Below, one piece after another: positions 47,487 to 57,000 of a stretch of DNA of 64,000 nt (the stretch's first letter is position 1; each line of letters starts with the position of its first letter). This stretch comes from a bacterium (GTDB taxonomy: Bacteria > Planctomycetota > Planctomycetia > Pirellulales > Pirellulaceae). Made by a program: the position numbers and the translations under genes. The DNA lies in contig JAUIGN010000007.1 in NCBI GenBank assembly GCA_030430075.1, positions 86,458 through 150,457 on the forward strand, in the 5' to 3' direction. Below the pieces are notes generated by a model. That model did not search any database. It was not told the DNA's origin and was given only the letters and a program-made list of their open reading frames with translations.

Positions 47487-48527
47487 TTAACAAACCGAGA
47501 ACCTGTGTACCGTGACCTGTTCGAACGATTCGCCAGGCTTCAAGATCGTGCTGGGAAAGGCCCCGTGATTGGGTGAATCGGGAAAATGCTGTGTTTCCAG
47601 GCAGAATGCTTCGTGCCGCCCGAAACCTCCGTGTGCTGCGGAACCGTCCAGAAAGTTTGCCGTGTAGAGTTGAATTCCGGGCTGCGTGGTGTGAATTTCC
47701 AGCACCCGACCGGACGTAGGATCTTCAACGCGGGCTGCCTGCTTCAGACCGTTGTCCTGGCCGGACAAGGCGAAACAGTGGTCGTAGCCTTGCGGTTCGG
47801 CTTCGATCTGGTCAAGTCTCGCGCCGAGTTGCTGCGGCGTGGTGAAGTCCAACGGCGTGCCGGCGACCGGCTTCAGTTCGCCGGTCGGAATCAGGCCCTC
47901 GTCCACCGCCAGGTAGCGGTCGGCAAACATCGTAACCCGATGATCCAGTACATCACCGGCACCCGCGCCGCGCAGGTTCCAGTAGTTGTGGTTGGTCAGG
48001 TTGATAGGTGTCGCCTGGTCGGTTTTCGCCGTGAATTCGACCCGTAACTCGTCTTCGCTGGTCAGAACGTAGGTGACCGCGACATCGAGATTGCCCGGGT
48101 AGCCTTCTTCACCGGCAACGCTGCGGCGGGTGAACTTGACGCCTACCGCTGAGGCTGTTTCGATGGGCTCGGCCCGCCAAACGTGTTTGTCGAAGCCGAC
48201 GTCGCCTCCGTGCAGATGGTTCGGTCCGTTGTTGGTGGCGAGTTGGTATTGCTGGCCGTCTAGCGAAAAGCGGCCCTGGGCGATCCGGTTGCAGAATCGG
48301 CCGATCGTCGAACCGAAATGGGGGTGCGGCCCGAGGTAGCCGGTCAGGGATCGGAAACCGAGATTGATATTTGCGAGTTGGCCGTCACGGTCGGGCGTCT
48401 CGACATCCACGACCGTGGCACCATAGTCGGTCAGCGAGAGACGCAACCCGCGCGAGTTCGTGCAGGAATACAGGGTGACGTCCCGGCCGTCGGGCATGGT
48501 GCCGAAAGACGAGGTGGCAATCTTCAT
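47487..48527 (-). CDS. Aldose 1-epimerase (galactose mutarotase)
   Basis: It has NGPNHLHGG and HNYWNL, with the FDxxxW motif of mutarotases. The start is at MKIATSSFG. Confidence 0.85.
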   Translation of the reverse strand: MKIATSSFGTMPDGRDVTLYSCTNSRGLRLSLTDYGATVVDVETPDRDGQLANINLGFRSLTGYLGPHPHFGSTIGRFCNRIAQGRFSLDGQQYQLATNNGPNHLHGGDVGFDKHVWRAEPIETASAVGVKFTRRSVAGEEGYPGNLDVAVTYVLTSEDELRVEFTAKTDQATPINLTNHNYWNLRGAGAGDVLDHRVTMFADRYLAVDEGLIPTGELKPVAGTPLDFTTPQQLGARLDQIEAEPQGYDHCFALSGQDNGLKQAARVEDPTSGRVLEIHTTQPGIQLYTANFLDGSAAHGGFGRHEAFCLETQHFPDSPNHGAFPSTILKPGESFEQVTVHRFSVC

Positions 48528-48829
48528 GGTTGCATGTGCCTTTATTGGTGGCTGCAGCTGAAGGGAGTCGCGGTGCGGCCTGCGAAGCGGCCATTCCTGA
48601 GCGGGATACTGGAGGAACAGGATCAGGCTGTCCCCCTGGAAGTCGGGGGCGCCGCTGCCGGGATCTGCAGCACCCAACAGGGTGTAATGAGGTGAAAACG
48701 AGCGTTTCCCGGTCACCAGGCCGTCGCGAGAACTAACAAAACGGGCACGACGCGGGTCACCCATTCCGACCGGGACCGCGTATTATGTTCCTCGGGGCCG
48801 GCACCGTCCAGGATGGGTCCGGTCCAGGA

Positions 48830-49075
48830 TGGGGCTCGTTGGACCTGTCGGCCGTCTGTCGCGCGGCGGTTGTCAGGCGACCTGCTCGCCGCGCGTCTCC
48901 GACTCCTTGCTCGGCGCGGGTCTCCGACGCTCGGCGCGGTTCTCCGACGCTCTGCTCGGCGCGGGTCTCCGACCCCTCGCTCGGCACGGGTCTCCGACCC
49001 CTAGCCCGGCGCGGGTCTCCGACGCTCGGCGCGGGTCTCCGACCCCGCCGAAACGGTTGACCGAAGGTCTCCAAT
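48830..49075. repeat. Intergenic repeat element E. It is a tandem array of cggcgcgggtctccgac(g/ccc) (~6 units) ending in a full 46-nt core (49030..49075).
   Basis: A direct read shows this. The tandem unit is the 5' half of the core. Confidence 0.8.
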
Positions 49076-49257
49076 TCCTATTTTTAACGAGCCGCACGAG
49101 GGGCGACGTGAACCCGTAATCCGAGCCGGAGGCGGTTCATCCAGGCGGCATGAGCTGGAACGCAGCGCCGCTGTGGCACTCGCCGCCCTTCAGTCCCCCC
49201 AAAAAATTCAAAAACCCTGGCAAGATTTTTCGACGCGCGGCAACTATTGAGCTACTT

Positions 49258-49824
49258 ATGACGTCGCCCACCACATCCGCCGCTTCACAACGCCCCTCGG
49301 GGAAGGCCGACTGGACCGCGATCCTGGCCGATTGCGACCGTTGGCTGCGGACCGTCGTCTTCTCGCGGCTTCGGGACCGGCACGCGACCGACGAGGTGAT
49401 GCAGGAGGTTGCTCTGGCGGCCGTGCGGCAGGCGGCACCCCTCCGCGACCAATCCAAGGCGGCGCCCTGGCTGTACCGTCTGGCGGTGCGGCAAGTGCTG
49501 TTGTATCGGCGTCGGAAAGGCCGGCAGCGGAAATTGACAACTCATTACGCGGAGCGCTCCACGACCGAGGTACCGCCCGACGCCGATCCGCTCGATTGGC
49601 TGCTAGCGGACGAACGCCGCGACCTGGTGCGGCTCGCGCTGCGAAACCTGGCAACTCGGGACATGGAAATCCTGCTCTTGAAATACACGGAAGATTGGTC
49701 ATACCACGAGATCGCCGCAAAGTTGGGAGTCAGCCACAGTGCGGTGGAGGCGCGTCTCCATCGAGCTCGGCGGAGACTACGGGCAGAGCTGGCGATGTTG
49801 AAAGTGATCGAGGCACCCATATGA
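49258..49824 (+). CDS. RNA polymerase sigma-70 factor, ECF subfamily
   Basis: Region 2 reads PWLYRLAVRQVL and region 4 reads SYHEIAAKLGVSHSAVEARLHRARRRL. The start is at MTSPTTS. Confidence 0.85.
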   Translation: MTSPTTSAASQRPSGKADWTAILADCDRWLRTVVFSRLRDRHATDEVMQEVALAAVRQAAPLRDQSKAAPWLYRLAVRQVLLYRRRKGRQRKLTTHYAERSTTEVPPDADPLDWLLADERRDLVRLALRNLATRDMEILLLKYTEDWSYHEIAAKLGVSHSAVEARLHRARRRLRAELAMLKVIEAPI

Positions 49825-50630
49825 ATCGGCTTGCGACATTCAAAGACGAGGACAGCCGTTTTGATCGTCTGGTTGACGGTGAAATGAGTGACGAGGAGCG
49901 GTATCGATTTCTGGCGGCTTTGGACGACGAACCCGGCGGTTGGCGTCGGTGTGCGTTGGCCTTTCTGGAGGATCAGGCTTGGCGTCAGAGTGTGCGACGC
50001 GCCGGCCCGACGGATTTCCTGGAGGAGCGGCGTTCCGCATCGGCCGTCGATCGCGCGACTGCGGACCTGCCGCGGAACTTGCCGCCGGCGTCGCCCGAGG
50101 TGTCGGCGAAGCCGGTCGATTCCGATCGTCGTGCCGCGCCCGCCGCGCATCTGTGCGGGCTGGCGCTGGCCATGGCGGTGTGCTTCCTGGTTGCCTTCTT
50201 TCTGGGAAGCGAATTTCGGCAGCGTCGGCTGAAGCCGGCGCCCGTTCCGCGCGGTGTTGTCGAGCGGCCCGGGGCCGAAACGAACGGCCCATTGGTGGCT
50301 GGACCATCCGCGGCCGAAGCGATGCCGGACAAGGTCGATGTGCTGGCACCAGCCGAAGTGGTCCCCTGGGGAGAAGCGACCTTTGTGGTGGACGACGCCG
50401 GCGGCCAAGTCGAAGTGCCGGTTTTCGAGCTTGATCCGGAGGAGGCCCAAGTCTTCGTTGAGCAATCGGCGGCGGTGATGGACGGCCTACGCCACAAACT
50501 TCAACAGAATGGATTCGATGTGCAACGCGTGGTTCGCTGGTCTCCGGTGGAGATGGGCGGCGGCCAGCAGATGTATGTCCCCGTCGGTGATTTTGAGATC
50601 TCGCTGGCGGCCAATCGAACGGCCCAGTAG
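49821..50630 (+). CDS. Anti-sigma factor, single-pass membrane
   Basis: Its start overlaps the sigma stop as ATGA. It has an N-terminal anti-sigma helix (RFDRLVDGEMSDEERYRFLAAL) and a TM segment (LCGLALAMAVCFLVAFFLG). It is the 3' part of ORF-track 49332..50630. Confidence 0.7.
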   Translation: MNRLATFKDEDSRFDRLVDGEMSDEERYRFLAALDDEPGGWRRCALAFLEDQAWRQSVRRAGPTDFLEERRSASAVDRATADLPRNLPPASPEVSAKPVDSDRRAAPAAHLCGLALAMAVCFLVAFFLGSEFRQRRLKPAPVPRGVVERPGAETNGPLVAGPSAAEAMPDKVDVLAPAEVVPWGEATFVVDDAGGQVEVPVFELDPEEAQVFVEQSAAVMDGLRHKLQQNGFDVQRVVRWSPVEMGGGQQMYVPVGDFEISLAANRTAQ

Positions 50631-50763
50631 CCGATGGCTGCTGCCGGGACGCCGTCGCGCATGGGGGCGAATCGATGCAGTTCAAACGACGAAGTGATTG
50701 AATCCACTAAGACACGTACTGTCACCTCTATTTCGACTCGACAAACGCGGGAGTGAACAACGG

Positions 50764-51867
50764 ATGAAAACGAAGCTAATCTGTATGTTGGGCGTCATCG
50801 CCTGGGCCACGGTTGCCACTGCAGGCCCACGAGCCCTGATGAATGACGACGATGAACAAGCGGTGGTGCAGGATATTGACGTTGAAGTGATTGCGACCGA
50901 TGCCCCGGAGGCGAAGAAGAAAAAAATTACCGTGGTCGCCGCGACCGGCGGGTCGCACTGGATCGGCGTGTACGCGATTCCCGTCGACGCGGCGCTGCAG
51001 TCGCATCTGCGGATCAAGGATCAAGGGCTCATCGTCCAGCAGGTGATGGACGAAAGTCCGGCCAAGAAGGCGGGGCTCCAGGAGCACGATGTCATTCTCA
51101 AGTACGGTAATGCGGCGGTTGCTACGGTCGAAGACTTGATCAAGGCCGTTGCCGAAGCCAAGGACCAGGAGACGTCGGTCGCACTGATTCGCGCCGGGAA
51201 GAAGATGTCACTCAAAGTGACGGGTGAGGAACGACCCAAAGGGCAGCATGCGATCGCCGTGACGGGCGACCTCGGCGATGTCAAAGGCGTGCTGGGCAAC
51301 TGGTTCTTCGAGCAAGATAACCAGGTGCTGGGGCAGAAGCCGTTGAAATTCCGAGTCGTCGGCCCAGGCGTCGTCGACCGTAAAGTGAATGTCCAGGAAT
51401 TGCATCAGGCATTGTCCGCAGCCAAGGCGAAGTTACCTCAGAAGCTGACGATTGACATTGAGAAGAAAGGTGACGCAGCGGCCACGATCACGGTGACGCG
51501 CGACGGGGAGACCTGGACCGTAACGGAAGAATCGATCGACGAGTTGCCCGCGGACGTCAAGCCGCACGTGGAAGGGTCGCTTGGCCGACGGGCCGGCGTG
51601 GCGATCGGCTTCCGTGGTGCCGGACAGACCATGCAGTTGAAGGCGCTGCAGTTGTATCCGAGCGTGAAAGCCGCCCGGGAATCTCAAGAGAAAGCCGGCA
51701 AAGGCGCGGCGGTTCGATCCATCCAGATACGTCAGCAGCAATCCGACGCGTCCACGGAAGTCGAAGCGCTCCGCAAAGACTTGGAGGAACTCAAGGCGGC
51801 CGTCAAGGAGTTGCGATCCACGGCGCCAAAACGGGCGAAGCGCGTCAAGAAGAACGACAGCGATTGA
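50764..51867 (+). CDS. Secreted PDZ domain protein with a C-terminal coiled-coil
   Basis: It has the signal MKTKLICMLGVIAWATVATA and the PDZ segment GLIVQQVMDESPAKKAGLQEHDVILKYGNAAV. No protease domain was seen. Confidence 0.7.
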   Translation: MKTKLICMLGVIAWATVATAGPRALMNDDDEQAVVQDIDVEVIATDAPEAKKKKITVVAATGGSHWIGVYAIPVDAALQSHLRIKDQGLIVQQVMDESPAKKAGLQEHDVILKYGNAAVATVEDLIKAVAEAKDQETSVALIRAGKKMSLKVTGEERPKGQHAIAVTGDLGDVKGVLGNWFFEQDNQVLGQKPLKFRVVGPGVVDRKVNVQELHQALSAAKAKLPQKLTIDIEKKGDAAATITVTRDGETWTVTEESIDELPADVKPHVEGSLGRRAGVAIGFRGAGQTMQLKALQLYPSVKAARESQEKAGKGAAVRSIQIRQQQSDASTEVEALRKDLEELKAAVKELRSTAPKRAKRVKKNDSD

Positions 51868-51923
51868 TGTGCGCCGCCGCCAACCGATCCCTCGAACAGT
51901 ACGTTCTGTGAGACGTACTGCGA

Positions 51924-51954
51924 CCCGGCTGTCGACCAGCAGTCGGGTTTTTTT
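51924..51954 (+). terminator. Rho-independent terminator
   Basis: The stem cccggctg/cagtcggg has 8 bp with one G-U wobble, an 8-nt loop, and a T7 tail. It lies 57 bp after the PDZ gene stop, between convergent genes. Confidence 0.7.
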
Positions 51955-52046
51955 CGTTCTTGGCCGAACGGCGTCCGGCGCGAGCGGTTGACTCGGTTGG
52001 CCGATCGTGGCGGCTGGGCGGCGTGGCAGCCCACACGGCACCGCAT

Positions 52047-53609
52047 CTAGGGAAGTTGTTCCTGACTCGTTTCCAAGGCCTGCATGTCGAGCAGGTCAGC
52101 CGCGCTTCCCGGCGCGTCGCCTTTCGCATGCGCTTCCTCAACGGCCTCTGCAGCCATGTCTTCAAACCAGCCAACGGTGAAGTCATCGCACGCCGCGCGC
52201 CGTCTGAAGAAGAACGCGCGGACCTCGAACAGCCAGGCACGCGCGCCGACCCCATAGCACCACCGGAGCGCTTTGCGAATCCGGGGGTCCCGGTGAAACA
52301 GGACGCGTGACAGCGCGCGAGGACGCAGCTGCACGATCGCCTCGGTCAGTTTCATCCAGGCGAAGACTCGCCAACGTGGAACACGGGTGGCGAGCACCTG
52401 GTGCCGGTAGTCCCAGCGGCTTTGACGAACCTCGATCACACGTCTCCCACGGCTTGCGCGAAAGAATGGCGTCCACTGGTGCGGGGTCACATACATGGCG
52501 TTGATTTGGTCGGGATCATACGACAGGAGTTGCTGCAGGCCGTGGCCGTAGTCGCGATCCGTCTCCTCTTCAAACCCCACCACGTAAGCGACTTGAGAGA
52601 GAATGTCGTGCCGGCGAAGCAGCCTGATCGCCTCACGGTCCACTGTCGTCGTGGCACCCTTGCGGATCTTGGCGAGCGTTTCGTCGTTGACGGTTTCCAC
52701 ACCCATCAGAATTCGCGAAAAACCGGCCCGCTTGTAAAGGTGCAGCATGTCGGCGTCACGCACGATATCGGCCGCGCGAATCGTCGCGATGAGTTGGACC
52801 GGGACGTCTTCGGCGATCAGCGCTTCGAGAAACGTTTTCCACAGTCGCCGGGATGTTGTGGGGTTCTCGTCCGCGAGGTCGACGAATGTGACGCCATGAT
52901 GTCGATGCAGCCAGCCGATTTCGGCCGCGACGTGCTCTGGATCGCGGCAACGCCACTGCGTCCAGAATCCTCGTTGGCCGCAATAGGTGCAGAGGTGGGG
53001 ACAACCACGAGAAAATTGGACGACGGCGGAACGTCCGGCTCCCCAGTACGAGTACCGATCCCAGTCCTCAATAAGCTCCCAACCGACGCGGAAAGAGTCG
53101 AGGTTGCGGTGGACGACCGCCGGAGGTGTCAGATGCGGTCTGCCACCGTCGCGATAAGCAATGCCTGGTACATCTTTGCAGGAGATGCCCGACTCGATCG
53201 CCGCCAGCAGATGGGGTGTGGTCGCTTCACCCTCGCCACGGACGATGAAATCGAATTCCGGGTGAGCGAGCAGCACCTCCCGGCAGTGATACGTGGGGAA
53301 GACTCCGCCGTAGACGAGCGGCACTTCGGGCATGGTCGCTTTCAATTGCCGTGCGACGTGGGCAATCGTCGGGTGGGCCGATGTTGAACCGGAGTGGCCA
53401 AGCAGGACAGCGCCCGGTTTCCAATCGCTGGCCAGCCGGACGATCTCAGCCGTCGCCAGCGGGCCAACATCGGCATCGACCAGCCGCACGGTGTGCCCGG
53501 CATCGATCAACGGCCCTCCGACTGCGAGCAACCCAAGTGGGGGCATCTGGCCTTTGTGGCAGCGGCTCGATACGGCCGGATGCGGTGGGTTGATGAGAAG
53601 CACTCGCAT
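52047..53609 (-). CDS. B12-binding (class B) radical SAM enzyme
   Basis: It has an N-terminal cobalamin-binding Rossmann segment (MRVLLINPPHP...GLLAVGG) and the radical SAM cluster motif CPHLCTYCG. The start is at MRVLLI. Confidence 0.8.
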   Translation of the reverse strand: MRVLLINPPHPAVSSRCHKGQMPPLGLLAVGGPLIDAGHTVRLVDADVGPLATAEIVRLASDWKPGAVLLGHSGSTSAHPTIAHVARQLKATMPEVPLVYGGVFPTYHCREVLLAHPEFDFIVRGEGEATTPHLLAAIESGISCKDVPGIAYRDGGRPHLTPPAVVHRNLDSFRVGWELIEDWDRYSYWGAGRSAVVQFSRGCPHLCTYCGQRGFWTQWRCRDPEHVAAEIGWLHRHHGVTFVDLADENPTTSRRLWKTFLEALIAEDVPVQLIATIRAADIVRDADMLHLYKRAGFSRILMGVETVNDETLAKIRKGATTTVDREAIRLLRRHDILSQVAYVVGFEEETDRDYGHGLQQLLSYDPDQINAMYVTPHQWTPFFRASRGRRVIEVRQSRWDYRHQVLATRVPRWRVFAWMKLTEAIVQLRPRALSRVLFHRDPRIRKALRWCYGVGARAWLFEVRAFFFRRRAACDDFTVGWFEDMAAEAVEEAHAKGDAPGSAADLLDMQALETSQEQLP

Positions 53610-54006
53610 GGCGACCCCGCTTTTCCCGAAACCTGTGCCCGCATGCACGGTGTGCACAACCCCAGCCCGGCCGCTATTCTAGGCAACTGGCGGCACGTTG
53701 CCAGCAACGCACTCCGGCCAGCGGCAGACCATCTCAACTCGTTTGCTGGACGCGACGATCGTGGCCCCGGATGATCCATCAACGAACAACCATGCAGGGC
53801 AAGTCGTTGTGGCGCATTCGTTGGTGGTGAACGTACGCAAAACGCTGCGGATATCAGCCGGAACGCGTTCGCGTCGGGTTTGCTCAGCCATCAACGGAAC
53901 CGGGGTTAACGCCCAGCGGCTGATGAATCATCCGGGCTGGCGGCCCCTGTGCGACTGCAGCGCGCCTATTTGCTGCCTGCTGCTTCCACCTTCTTCCGCA
54001 TCTGCG

Positions 54007-57000
54007 TCAATCGACAAAGAACTCCGCAAAAATCGCATCCATGGCGGCCTTGGCGAGCGGCGTGGCTTTCTCCGCTGCCAGGATGTCCGTGACCAGATCA
54101 TCTTCGACCTCGTCGCCCGGCTCCCGCACGTCGTCCATCTGCAGAATGGCAACGTCTGCGAACGCGGCATTGCCCGGCGTCGGACGTGTTGGCGTTTCGC
54201 CGCAGTCTTCCACAGCGGTCCGACCGACGACTGCAGTATCCTCGGCGGCCTGCAGGTCCGCCAGCAGGCGGCCTCGGTGATCCGCGGTCAGATCGCGGCC
54301 TGCCACCGCCCCGAAGGCGCCACGGTTCGCTTCGCCTTCTCCCTCGATGGCGGCGGCGTTCAGTCGATTAATGACCCGTAGTGCGTCGTGGGCCGAAAGG
54401 GCCCGATCACCGTTCGTATCGTAGAAGAACGAATCGGCGCCTGCATCCGCTGAAACTCCGGTCAGTGATTGCGAGCGGTTCAGCGCGTTGATGACCAGCA
54501 GGGCATCCATCGGCTCGACAACGCCGTTGCCGTTGACATCGGCTGGGTCCGCAAGGTTGTGACGTGGACTCACACTGGACGTGTCCTGAAACTCGGCGGG
54601 GGAAGCCCCGCTGGAGACCGTGATGGGCACCGAAAACTCGGACGTATTTCCCAGGGCGTCCGTCGCGGTCGCCACGATCTGGTCGCCAGCCTCGACCGCG
54701 GCACTGGCAAGCGATACGCTCTTGAGCTTGTTTTCCGTGTCGAGTGTATACAGATCGCTGCCGAGATGGCTGCGTCCTTCCCGGCCCGACGGGTCGGCGG
54801 CGTAGAAGTCAATCGTCAACTCGTATGCCGAGTGAGCTTGCAAGGAGGGAACTTCGTAGACAAATTCCAGCGTTCCTTGCAGACGCGCTTCACGCAGAAC
54901 GGGGAAATTCTGCAATTCGTTGGGACCGTCGTCCATGTCCTGGTTGTTCGCGACCGCGTCGTTGGCGGTCGTGCCGTCGGCATTCAAATCGATCGACAAG
55001 CCAGCATTCGAGAACATCGTGTTCCCTTGAATCCGATTCCCGTGGGCCGTGGATCCGGTGACTGTGACTCCCGACCGCGCGTGATGGGCGATGACATTTG
55101 CGGCGCCCTTGCTGGTACCGCCAATCAGCGTGTCGCTCGCCTGATCGACCCAGACACCCCACTGGCCATTGGGCAGCGGCGACGTCTCGTCGGACTGGGT
55201 CCCGATCAGGTTCCCCAACACACGATTACTGCTGGCAGACGCGCCTGCGACTCGCACACCGCCGTAGTCATTGCCGGAGATTAGATTTCCTTCTTCGAAT
55301 CCGGCTCCGCCGACCGAATTCTTGGGGGCGCTGATGTAGACGCCGGTACTGGTGTTGCCCAGGTCAAGCGTGCTCGAATGATCTGTGCCAATGATGTTCC
55401 CCAAAATTCTGTTTTCCGAGGCGGTCGGGCCGGTGATCGCCACACCAAACAGACCGTTGTCGGAGATGACGTTCCCCGCGCCTGGGAAATCGCCACCGAT
55501 CGTATTCGCATTGGCGTTGCTGATCGCCACACCACTCTTGGCGTTCCCCAGGTCTTCGTTGTCCTTGGGGCGTGTGCCCTGGTCATCGGTGCCGATGAGA
55601 TTTCCTTGGACCGTATTGGCCGTGGTATTGGCGCCGACCAGCAGCACGCCGTCGGCACCGTTGGCCGAGATCACATTGCCCGCCGTCCTGGACTGACCGC
55701 CGATCGTGTTTTCACGGGCGCCTGCGCCGATGCGAACGCCCGAGCCGGCGTTGCCCAGCGGATGACTGCCGTTCATGCCGAGCCCGATGAGATTGCCCTC
55801 AATCCGGTTGCCTTGGGCGCCGGCCCCTGCCACGACGACGCCATGATTCCCATTGGCCGAGATGACATTGGTCGCACCGCGCGTGGTGCCGCCGATAATC
55901 GTGTTCTGGGCGTTGGCCAACTGCAGGCCGGAGTCGACGTTCGGCAACGGGGCCGTCCCCGTGATGTCGGTGCCGATGTAGTTGCCCTGCACGACATTGC
56001 CGCTCGCCAGAAAGGAAGCGATCCGGACACCAAACGACGCGTTGCCTGAAATCACGTTGCGCTGGCCGGCCGTCAGGCCGCCGATCCGATTGCCGGGCGC
56101 TTTCCAGATCAAGACGCCGGTATTTCCATTGCCAACCGCAGCGGTGCCGGTCACGTCGGTTCCGATCAGGTTACTCGTCACCACGTTGCCGGTCGACGTC
56201 TCGTCGAGAATGGCGAGGCCTGTGGCGACGTTGCCTGAAATGACATTGCCGGCAGCCGCATCCATGCCACCCACGGTGTTATTCGACGCCTCGCGAATGA
56301 CCAGGCCGAACGAGCCATTGCCGACGGCGGTCGTGCCGGTCGCGTCCGTGCCGATGAAGTTTCCGACGACCTGATTCCCGCTGGCCAGTGGACCCGAAAT
56401 GAAGATGCCGCTCTTGCGGTTGCCCGAGACCACGTTCCCAGCGCCGTCGTCGGTGCCGCCCAACGTGTTGTGCGGTGCGTTGAAGAGATTGATCCCTGTC
56501 TGACGATTGGACAAGGCAGTCGATCCGCTCACATCGAGCCCCACCAGGTTGCCCTGGATCACATTGCCGTTCGCCGTCGCGCCTGTCACAAAGATCCCGC
56601 CAATGGTGTTGCCTGAGATGACGTTTCCTCCGCCAACCGCGCCGATCGTGTTGCCCGCCGCGCCATCGATCGAGATGCCGTTGGCTCCGTTTCCTCGTGC
56701 GAGGAGGCCCGTTGCATCGGTGCCGATCAGGTTGCCGACGATGGAGTTGCCCGTCGTTCCGGCACCGACGAGGGTCACACCGCCCGCTGCATTGGCGGAG
56801 ATGACGTTGCCGGAGCCGATCGTGTTCTCGCTGGCGTCCTGGTCGATGCGAACTCCAACGCCGGTGTTGCCCCGACGCGTCGTCCCATCCGGGCCGAGGC
56901 CGATCACGTTGCCCTGGATGACGTTCCCCGCCGATCCGGAACGCGATACGTAGATACCGTGGCCACCATTGCCGGAGATCACGTTCGCAGCGTCGGCCGA

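Noticed and set aside
49332-50630. ORF-track 432-aa ORF
   Set aside because: Only its 3' portion from ATG 49821 is a gene, the anti-sigma factor. The 5' part overlaps the sigma factor in another frame.
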